From a virus (taxonomy: Duplodnaviria > Caudoviricetes), in IMG/VR virus record IMGVR_UViG_3300013121_000022, positions 96,001-160,000 of that record: 64,000 nt of DNA, one strand, 5' to 3'. This document shows, piece after piece, positions 56,812 through 64,000 of this stretch. The translations under genes and the position numbers were made by a program. The notes below the pieces were generated by a model. The model did not search any database. It worked only from the letters and a program-made list of their open reading frames with translations, and was not told the DNA's origin. The stretch's first letter is position 1. Every line of letters begins with the position of its first letter.

Positions 56812-57290
56812 AATTGTATGCGCGAGTATTAACAGTTTTTGTTACATCGATTGTAACGATGATTGGACTTGTAGGTTTTAGTTTGCTGGCAACTCCATTT
56901 GCTTTATCGGCGGTTGCAACTCCTACTGCTCCGTTTCTATGTTTTGATAGCGTGGGTGAACCATATATTCTCGTGCCTCTCAAAACTCAATTAGCTTTGA
57001 CTGAAATCGCATTAACTCCAACATCAACCCCAACGCGATTTCCAACACCAACTAACCTGCCAGAAAAACCGTGTTCAATAGGAACTGCGACGGTGGTTAC
57101 TTCTGTTTTGAATGTAAGATCGGGTGCTGGCACAACGTTTTCTCTTGTCGGTGCTTCTCTGAAAAAAGGTGATACGTTTGACATCGCAGAGGTTAAAGGT
57201 ACATGGTTACGCCTGTGCGATTCAACGCAAAAATGGGTCAACTCTAAACTCGAAAACGGCACAGTCTTAGTAACCTACAAACTAAAATAA
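56808..57290 (+). CDS. secreted SH3b-domain protein with Pro/Thr linker
   Basis: signal/TM, TPTSTPTRFPTPT, LNVRSGAGT. Confidence 0.8.
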   Translation: MKLYARVLTVFVTSIVTMIGLVGFSLLATPFALSAVATPTAPFLCFDSVGEPYILVPLKTQLALTEIALTPTSTPTRFPTPTNLPEKPCSIGTATVVTSVLNVRSGAGTTFSLVGASLKKGDTFDIAEVKGTWLRLCDSTQKWVNSKLENGTVLVTYKLK

Positions 57291-57293
57291 CCG

Positions 57294-57322
57294 AACTCCA
57301 ACCGAAAGGTTGGAGTTTTTTT
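57294..57322 (+). terminator. intrinsic terminator
   Basis: AACTCCAACC-gaaa-GGTTGGAGTTTTTTT. Confidence 0.9.
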
Positions 57323-57360
57323 GTCTTGACATTTTTCTATACTTGAATTATAATGCCCTC

Positions 57361-59358
57361 ATGACATACTATTCTATTTCGGGCATCCTCAAGATGTGGC
57401 GCGATCTCGTTGAAGTGTATTCGCCGGACGACAATCTCAACAACTTTTTTAGTGAGTTGCGGGATTACGACAATCAAATCAGCCTTGCCTTAGAATTAGA
57501 CGATACCAATCTTACGGCAATATTGATTCTGGACAATGTACTTAAGCAGTATCTTGAAAATAAAAGCATCAATCTAAGCGAAATCGCCGGATCGAGAAGT
57601 AATGTTCTGAAATTCTTGGTTGAATATCAGAACTTAAATGACGCTTTACACGCGCCAGAGATTGAATCTTTGGTCAAGGATTTTCAAGATGGTATTGCAA
57701 CATCACTAAATAACGTTCAATGTTTGACACCCTCTGTTGCTGAACTAATCAGCAATCGTTTCATGTTGGCCGAAATACGCTTGGCCGCACTGAAATCAAA
57801 CCGCGATCTCAAGGTATTCAAGTTTTCATCCGGCAACAACGACGCCACTGACTTTGTGTTTTTCAAAGAAGTGCGCCAATACTTTGATGTCAATATTTTG
57901 TTGCAACTCGCCGCAAATCCGCATTTTCCAAATAGCATTAGTCTTCACTTGATTCGAGATGTTGTCAATGAAGAATTCTCGTATTTTGTCTTTTTGATAA
58001 AGAACGGTGACAATGTTTATTTGGTTGCCGACAACCCCGATTTACCTTCACCTGACTACAAGAACAGAGGCCGATCTCGATCTATTTCGCGCAAGTTTAG
58101 TGCTCGAATCGACGCTCATTATTTTCCGTATAGTTTTATGAACGTTGAGTTCAACAAAAAAACAGCTCTGTACGAAATCAAAAATTTTTACTCAACCGAT
58201 CTCGTGCCTGCCGATCAATCGAATATCGTTGGTCGCTTAAATGAAATGGATGCCGAAAGCATTGTGTGGGTGTATATGTTGTTTTGGTTATTTAAGCAAA
58301 AGTTCTTTGCCGATGAACCGATTCAACTTGAGCAATCCTATACAGGTGCGATGATTAGGACTGGAATTGAGTCTCCGAAAGTTTCAAACGCCATTATCAA
58401 GGCGTATCCAGCATTAAATGTTCAATCACTAACAACATCCTTGTTGACTAATTCAAATCCAGAGATTGTCAAACAGTGGAAATATGAACCTACGCATCAA
58501 AATCAATGGATGGAAGATCGCTATGCTGATAAAATCAAAAACACAGATCGGATATTGAATTACGTTGAAGTTCCGGCCTTGCCAGACGACTATAACGTTA
58601 AGACCGGAAACATAATTCAACATCACAAAAAAGATACTGACAGTTTTTTTGGTCAAGATAAACTAGAGGTTGCAATTCCGCTCAGAGGCGTATCTGTTAC
58701 CGATATGGGATCGGCGCAAACTTTGGAGCAAAACAGAATATTTTTTGCCCGTCTTTCTCAAGCTCGATCAATTCAGGTTTTGGCACAACAAGAGTTCAAC
58801 GCAACTCGTAAATCTGTTTTTGCATGGTATTTTTCACAAGTTGTACAAAACATCTCAGAACTTAAACGCGCCATTGCGACTGAAACGTTTATGTGTAATG
58901 TCTCAGTGCATAATTCTTATTCTCCAGATCGTCCTAGCATGGCGGATTCGTTTGACAGTCACATGGAATTGAGAAACATTTTTGTTCTTTTGCCGATTGA
59001 AAAAAGGCGGGGATGGTACGATGACGAGCAGGTGGTGTTGTTAGGTGGCGGAGATAGATTTAGACAATGCTACTTCACTAATGGTCAGGCGTCGTATGTC
59101 GCTAAATTCTATGTACGCGACAGCGATTCAATCGCCAGAGTGTGTAATTTATCGGTATCTGATTTACCTGATGTATTACAACACGTTCGGGGTGTTGATC
59201 GCTATATTGGAAATTCAATACTGTCTCGTATCGATCCATTGGATAATTTGAAAAATCCCTGGAACAAACTTGACTATAGCATTGAAATTGCATTATCCAA
59301 GCGAGCTCTGAATGCCATTCGCAAAGAATACGGGATCAAGAAAGAAAATCAGTCATGA
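57361..59358 (+). CDS. large hypothetical protein (leaderless)
   Basis: TTGACA(57326)-17-TATAAT(57349), ATG 7 nt later; 665 aa. Confidence 0.75.
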   Translation: MTYYSISGILKMWRDLVEVYSPDDNLNNFFSELRDYDNQISLALELDDTNLTAILILDNVLKQYLENKSINLSEIAGSRSNVLKFLVEYQNLNDALHAPEIESLVKDFQDGIATSLNNVQCLTPSVAELISNRFMLAEIRLAALKSNRDLKVFKFSSGNNDATDFVFFKEVRQYFDVNILLQLAANPHFPNSISLHLIRDVVNEEFSYFVFLIKNGDNVYLVADNPDLPSPDYKNRGRSRSISRKFSARIDAHYFPYSFMNVEFNKKTALYEIKNFYSTDLVPADQSNIVGRLNEMDAESIVWVYMLFWLFKQKFFADEPIQLEQSYTGAMIRTGIESPKVSNAIIKAYPALNVQSLTTSLLTNSNPEIVKQWKYEPTHQNQWMEDRYADKIKNTDRILNYVEVPALPDDYNVKTGNIIQHHKKDTDSFFGQDKLEVAIPLRGVSVTDMGSAQTLEQNRIFFARLSQARSIQVLAQQEFNATRKSVFAWYFSQVVQNISELKRAIATETFMCNVSVHNSYSPDRPSMADSFDSHMELRNIFVLLPIEKRRGWYDDEQVVLLGGGDRFRQCYFTNGQASYVAKFYVRDSDSIARVCNLSVSDLPDVLQHVRGVDRYIGNSILSRIDPLDNLKNPWNKLDYSIEIALSKRALNAIRKEYGIKKENQS

Positions 59359-59861
59359 AAATTTTAACTCCACAGGCTCAACAAGATCGCGAAAATTTTA
59401 TCAACGCCGATCTGTCGGCCTGCACATGCAATACAGGACATCCACCATGTTCTTTTTGTACTCACCCTGGAAACCCAATCAATCAGGACTTGAAATATAG
59501 TCCTGATTGCTGGATGGATGTTCATACTACCGACTCTATTCGAGCAGAACTAAACACCGAGACACGATTTTACTTGTTGGCTATAAGAAGCATTTGTCAA
59601 AAGGGATTTGACGCAATCGCAAAGCCATACTTGGACAAGAACGGATTTCATTTTGTGGTTGATGAGGAACATTGGTGTATATACGACTCAAATATGCGCT
59701 TTATGATTATCGATTCGTTTGACGGACGACATGACGGGCGCGATATTGAACATATTGAACTAAGCAACATTGTCCAGTTTTTACAAATCAGCATCGATGG
59801 CAAATACACCATCGGTATGATGTGTGAAAACTATAGTTCCAAAGCCAAATCGAGGTCTTGA
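59355..59861 (+). CDS. hypothetical protein with CTC..PPCSFCTHP motif
   Basis: ATGA overlap. Confidence 0.6.
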   Translation: MKILTPQAQQDRENFINADLSACTCNTGHPPCSFCTHPGNPINQDLKYSPDCWMDVHTTDSIRAELNTETRFYLLAIRSICQKGFDAIAKPYLDKNGFHFVVDEEHWCIYDSNMRFMIIDSFDGRHDGRDIEHIELSNIVQFLQISIDGKYTIGMMCENYSSKAKSRS

Positions 59862-59891
59862 CTAATTTGAATTATGAGATATAATTTATAC

Positions 59892-60035
59892 ACTAATTGC
59901 TTGCGTAGAATAGCAGGGAGTAGGCAACCTTAATTTGTTCAGTAAATAAAATCTGACCTGAACTGGTTGTTGACTAGGAAGCTCAACCCCTGGGTTGGGT
60001 GGAGTCGCAAATGAAATACCTGCCTAGCAGTTAGT
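59892..60035 (+). ncRNA. candidate structured ncRNA (~145 nt)
   Basis: promoter TTGACT/TATAAT upstream; ACTAATTGCT/AGCAGTTAGT and GCAGG/CCTGC closure. Confidence 0.55.
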
Positions 60036-60037
60036 AT

Positions 60038-60134
60038 GGATAGGCGGCAATGGTTGGCGCAAGCAGACCGCTTGGAAAGCGGTTAGTCGTGATAGTGATA
60101 TTGCGGCTTATGGGTTCGATCCCCATCCTATCCT
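60038..60134 (+). tRNA. tRNA-Ser(GGA)
   Basis: ACCGC-TTGGAAA-GCGGT, long variable arm, atypical D-arm. Confidence 0.8.
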
Positions 60135-60139
60135 CAATA

Positions 60140-60664
60140 ATGTTCAACGGAGTTTACGTGCAAAAGAAATTTTATCAACTCGGTGATTTTGGTCAAGCGA
60201 CAAACGAAAAGCTACCAACACCACGATTGGAATTGAGATGTGGATTAGACGTGGATTTGGCAAGTTGGCAATGGATATATCGATTGGTATTTAATGACGT
60301 TAACGGAAATGAATCTGCTATCGATATTGCTACTGAACACACGTACGAGAATCCGGTTGCCTCTGATGGTTTGTATTTGCCCGAAGGACTTGATAACATG
60401 ATTTCCAGCGACTCACTGGAATTGGGTATTCGGGCATTTGGAGTTTATGGCGCAAGAATTTTTCAAATTGGATTTGCGCCCGTAACAAACGCGTATCAGA
60501 TTTTAGAAAAGGCTGAGTGTCTATCCTGTATAAGCGCGGGACGTGATCAGTCCTTAATGGTTGGCGTAACCGATTATGGATTGCAGGTGTGGTGTAAGAA
60601 CTGCGATAAAAATGTTTTGCATATAGATTTTCAAGGTCGGCGTCATCCTGTTGTGTTTGGATAA
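60140..60664 (+). CDS. hypothetical protein
   Basis: C-terminal G.T..GLQVWC....NV.HIDF motif. Confidence 0.6.
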   Translation: MFNGVYVQKKFYQLGDFGQATNEKLPTPRLELRCGLDVDLASWQWIYRLVFNDVNGNESAIDIATEHTYENPVASDGLYLPEGLDNMISSDSLELGIRAFGVYGARIFQIGFAPVTNAYQILEKAECLSCISAGRDQSLMVGVTDYGLQVWCKNCDKNVLHIDFQGRRHPVVFG

Positions 60665-60666
60665 TT

Positions 60667-60753
60667 GGAGTTGCCCATAGGCGCGGTTAGCTATCTCGAA
60701 CATAGTGAAGTCGATTAATTATCGGCGTGAGAGTTCGACTCTCTCCAACTCCG
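60667..60753 (+). tRNA. tRNA-Ser(CGA), reduced D-arm
   Basis: GCTAT-CTCGAAC-ATAGT, class II. Confidence 0.75.
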
Positions 60754-60758
60754 CACTT

Positions 60759-60929
60759 ATGAATACTGTAATAGAGCAATTCAAAATGAATCTTCCTGTA
60801 TGTGAATGTTGTTTTTCGTATCTTGTCACTCTGCATTATTTGTACGACTACAAAAATAGATACTGCGAGTTTTATCGTTGCTGGTCATGCGATCATGAAT
60901 GGTGGAAGCATAAAAGACGTGAAACTTAA
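60759..60929 (+). CDS. small zinc-ribbon protein
   Basis: CECC..CWSCDHEW. Confidence 0.5.
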   Translation: MNTVIEQFKMNLPVCECCFSYLVTLHYLYDYKNRYCEFYRCWSCDHEWWKHKRRET

Positions 60930-61818
60930 ATTCTTGAACTTGGGAATTGCACTTGGAATTTTTTGCGCCATTGCTTTACAGTGGCAAGGTGGGTTTGACT
61001 GCCTGTGGTTCTTTTGTCGTCCGTATCATTCTGGTACGACAATTCCGGCGTTTGGACACATATTGCTATTCCCTCTTACATTTCTATCTTTTCCGTACTC
61101 ATGGATGATGGTGGTTTTTATAACCCTATCATCCATTTTTTTTGTTCATACTGTGCTTCGTCTGTCGGATTGGTATTTAACGGTTGCATTGCTATCTCCA
61201 ATAACATGGATGGAGCTATGGTTAGGCCAAATTGAATTTTTATATATGCTTGGCGTAGCCTTGATTGTATTGGATGAAGAAAAAAGAAAATCGGATTGGT
61301 GGACGGGAGTTGCGATCTTGCTGTTATCAGTCAAGCCTCAAATGTCGTGGTTGCTACTCGTATTCGTGGTCTGGTGGATTTATAAAGATGGTCGAAACGT
61401 GGGTGTTGTGTTTATTCCGTTGGTGCTGGCCGGACTGCTTTCGTTTTGTTTTTATGGCTGGTGGATACCAGACTGGTTGAGGGCGATTCCAAATGTGTAT
61501 GGTTGGTCGGCAATATACCCTTATGGATTTTTAGCATTGCCGCTTGCATGGTTGCCTACCAATAGACGAAATAAAATTTTTCTGACGCTACTGGTATCAT
61601 TGGTGGTTAATCCGCACGTCCTGATGTATCACTCGGTTTTGATCGCTCTATTTATTCCGTTTGGGCACGTGGTATCTCTGATGCTTTTTGTGTTCAAGGC
61701 ATTGGACTTGAGCATTATTATTCCCTTAGCTTGTTTGTTGGTGTTTGGAATAATCTGCCTAAAAACGCCTTATCTCTTGAATATTGCTCATAAGTTAGGT
61801 ATTGACATTTATAAATAG
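60919..61818 (+). CDS. GT87-like (GT-C) membrane glycosyltransferase
   Basis: multi-TM; LWLGQIE and LSVKPQ motifs. Confidence 0.75.
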   Translation: MKLKFLNLGIALGIFCAIALQWQGGFDCLWFFCRPYHSGTTIPAFGHILLFPLTFLSFPYSWMMVVFITLSSIFFVHTVLRLSDWYLTVALLSPITWMELWLGQIEFLYMLGVALIVLDEEKRKSDWWTGVAILLLSVKPQMSWLLLVFVVWWIYKDGRNVGVVFIPLVLAGLLSFCFYGWWIPDWLRAIPNVYGWSAIYPYGFLALPLAWLPTNRRNKIFLTLLVSLVVNPHVLMYHSVLIALFIPFGHVVSLMLFVFKALDLSIIIPLACLLVFGIICLKTPYLLNIAHKLGIDIYK

Positions 61819-61871
61819 TTGTCATATAATTCTCTCAACCTAAATACTATTCTTGAAGAAAGAGGATTTCA

Positions 61872-62219
61872 ATGTACGACACACTTTCACTAACCGAAAA
61901 GTTGGAGTTGTGGGGCAAACTTAAAGTTGAACTCGCGGCTCTTGAAAACGAGATCGAACCGCAAATTTTGTCGCTTGGGAATTCTCAAATTGTCGGCAAG
62001 GTTTCGGCAAAAATTTCAGAACCCCGCGATTCGTTTGACTACCAAAAAGCAGCTGCCAAGATCAAAGCCCCGTTTGCGGTAATTAAGCAACACACTACAC
62101 CAGTTACAGACTGGAAAGCGGTATGTGAGGCAGTGGGTCTACCAGACAGCGTAAAAGAGATGTTCCGCATCCCAAGCAAGAACGGCAAGCGCAAGGTCAA
62201 CTTCTCTCTGCTGGACTAA
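61872..62219 (+). CDS. hypothetical protein
   Basis: TTGACA/TATAAT promoter, AGAGGA RBS. Confidence 0.7.
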   Translation: MYDTLSLTEKLELWGKLKVELAALENEIEPQILSLGNSQIVGKVSAKISEPRDSFDYQKAAAKIKAPFAVIKQHTTPVTDWKAVCEAVGLPDSVKEMFRIPSKNGKRKVNFSLLD

Positions 62220-62225
62220 TCAAAC

Positions 62226-62254
62226 AAAAAGACTTCCAATTGGAAGTCTTTTTT
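62226..62254. terminator. bidirectional terminator
   Basis: AAAAAGACTTCC-aatt-GGAAGTCTTTTT. Confidence 0.85.
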
Positions 62255-62256
62255 AT

Positions 62257-62595
62257 TTAACGTCCGATCAATTCAATCGGTGGTCGCTCTCTGCCCATGA
62301 CGTTATGCCGAACGTATCTAACGTCTTTTACAACTCCATCACCGATGGGTTGAAAATCACCGAACTCCAATGGCTTGATTGTTGGCGTGGGCTTGATCAA
62401 ATACAGTCGAATGGTATCGGACACGATAACAGACACATTGTAGACAAGGGGCAAGACAAAGGGAAGGACAAACACCCATATCAATGAGACAAAGACATCT
62501 AAGGCGTTGTCCGTTGTCACGCTATATGCCGCAACACCCAACATTGCAATAAAGACACATTCCAGTGTGCATCTCCAAACAGTATTTAGTTTCAT
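62257..62595 (-). CDS. membrane protein
   Basis: two TMs. Confidence 0.6.
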   Translation of the reverse strand: MKLNTVWRCTLECVFIAMLGVAAYSVTTDNALDVFVSLIWVFVLPFVLPLVYNVSVIVSDTIRLYLIKPTPTIKPLEFGDFQPIGDGVVKDVRYVRHNVMGRERPPIELIGR

Positions 62596-63356
62596 AATTT
62601 ATTCTCCCGTAATTCTGCAACAAAACGATCTATTGATCGGGGTGTCAAGTTTAGATCAACGGCGGCTTGACGTTTGCTAAATGTCTCGCCCTGAGACTCT
62701 ATCCAAGACAAATATGCCTTGAAACCAGACAAGCCACGTTGAAATGTCGGGACTTGTCGGCCAACTGTCTGTCCGTCCGATGCAAATACAGTTTTTGAAG
62801 TGTCTCGAATTGTCGGACTCGGAGTCTGGCCTGCTTCTAGGCGCATTTTGGTTGTCTTGAGCTTTGTCTCGTTGTAATCGCGTCGCGCCTGCTCACTGTC
62901 GATCCAGTCTTGACGATCTTTGCTCCATCTGTCAATCCGTTCTTGATATTTTCGATACTCTCCACCAAAGGCAAAAGAAAGAGTTACGATAGCAAAGATT
63001 GGCCCTAACGCCAACACACTAATCATTGTAATGTTGTTGATTCCATTGCGTTCGCCAATCGTGCTTGCTTGAATGAAATTATAGGTCAACGAAATTCCAA
63101 GCGATACGATCAGGGCAATAACCGCTAATCTATTTCGACTGGAAATTGCCGAGAACGCTTCTGCTAACATACCGCCCTCAACGACAAGCGCCGCTAAGAA
63201 AGATTGTTGCGGACTCATAACGGATGAAAAGGCTGAATATGCCGAGACAAATAAAGTCAATAGTCCGGCGACCAACAATCCGCCATACAAATAAAGCACT
63301 GGCGGAAACGATGGCTTAGGAATCGTGTATTCATTGCTGTTCTGCAAGTTGTCCAT
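62592..63356 (-). CDS. four-TM protein with coiled coil and C-terminal HTH
   Basis: TM bundle; SKRQAAVDLNLTPRSIDR. Confidence 0.65.
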   Translation of the reverse strand: MDNLQNSNEYTIPKPSFPPVLYLYGGLLVAGLLTLFVSAYSAFSSVMSPQQSFLAALVVEGGMLAEAFSAISSRNRLAVIALIVSLGISLTYNFIQASTIGERNGINNITMISVLALGPIFAIVTLSFAFGGEYRKYQERIDRWSKDRQDWIDSEQARRDYNETKLKTTKMRLEAGQTPSPTIRDTSKTVFASDGQTVGRQVPTFQRGLSGFKAYLSWIESQGETFSKRQAAVDLNLTPRSIDRFVAELRENKL

Positions 63357-63525
63357 AGCGTTGCTTAATCCATTCGTCTAAAGTAGATTGATGTACTCGC
63401 CATTGCCCACCAATTTTGAAACCGGGCAACTCTTTGGATCGAAAGAACCGCTTGACTGTCCATTCGTCCAATCTCAATATCTCTGCAACTTCGGTAGGAG
63501 TTAAAATTTTATCGTGCTTGTCCAT
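63331..63525 (-). CDS. excisionase-family HTH_17 DNA-binding protein
   Basis: LTPTEVAEILRL..ELPGFKIGGQWRV..LDEWI. Confidence 0.9.
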   Translation of the reverse strand: MDKHDKILTPTEVAEILRLDEWTVKRFFRSKELPGFKIGGQWRVHQSTLDEWIKQRYGQLAEQQ

Positions 63526-63609
63526 ATCTTAATTATGCACAATATGTAAAAATCTTGCAAATTTTCAAAATTGCTTGACGACTGTGGATCGGCGTGGTAT
63601 ATTCTTGCC

Positions 63610-63939
63610 ATGACAACTACTTATCCAAAACCAAACTTTTTAGCGGTCTGTTCCTGTGGTAAACGCGCAATTATTTATTACGATCATGAGACGGATGATT
63701 TTGTGCCTTCCGATTCTTCGTGGTTGTTTGTGTATCAGAGTGAAGTTGAGCCTTATGATACTCGTGGTTGGAACTGTGGTCAGGCCGGACATACATCGCA
63801 TTACATCAACCATAGTCAACACGAATTGGATGCCGAGATAGACCTTGCCACAGCAACAAAAACGCCACAACCAGCACCCATCAAAAAACAAAAACCGAAG
63901 ACAAAAACAGAAACCGACGATAAATATAGCCTGTTTTAA
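63610..63939 (+). CDS. hypothetical protein (leaderless)
   Basis: TTGACG(63575)-17-TATATT, ATG 7 nt later. Confidence 0.6.
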   Translation: MTTTYPKPNFLAVCSCGKRAIIYYDHETDDFVPSDSSWLFVYQSEVEPYDTRGWNCGQAGHTSHYINHSQHELDAEIDLATATKTPQPAPIKKQKPKTKTETDDKYSLF

Positions 63940-64000
63940 TCCAAATATATCGCAAGGCTGAATTTGGGATATTTGACATTTTATTTGTTTTGATCTATAA

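Noticed and set aside
29000-61000. tmRNA gene
   Set aside because: No GGGG..TTCGA 5' end paired with a T-arm/CCACCA 3' end enclosing a tag ORF was found by eye; a permuted form cannot be excluded
63331-63525. Evidence for an integrated prophage boundary
   Set aside because: HTH_17 protein alone; no integrase, att site or host gene block in the window

Overview
A 64-kb segment of a large tailed (siphovirus-like) bacteriophage genome, probably infecting Chloroflexota (inferred from the GH/CBM/SH3 and Pro/Thr-linker proteins and frequent leaderless genes). Bases 1-16.7 kb hold the neck/tail module: connectors, major tail protein, a -1 frameshifted tail chaperone, tape measure, baseplate/tail-tip, and fibre/decoration genes including three tandem paralogs. 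The remaining ~47 kb is an accessory region driven by many sigma70-type promoters. It carries about 44 tRNA genes read by eye (19 amino acids, no Gln seen; rare anticodons Ile-UAU, Leu-AAG, Arg-GCG), one aberrant tRNA-like gene, a phage-encoded RNase P RNA, two RNA ligases, phosphoesterases, a DnaN clamp, RecA, HNH nucleases and a glycosylation/methylation cluster. The most striking feature is the non-coding content: a ~1-kb highly structured RNA with a tRNA-minihelix leader, and more than a dozen 100-350 nt structured cassettes closed by long terminal stems and interleaved among the tRNAs. A dispersed 14-bp near-palindrome (GATCGGCGCAGATC) sits at promoters and RNA ends. All structures were read manually; no searches were run.
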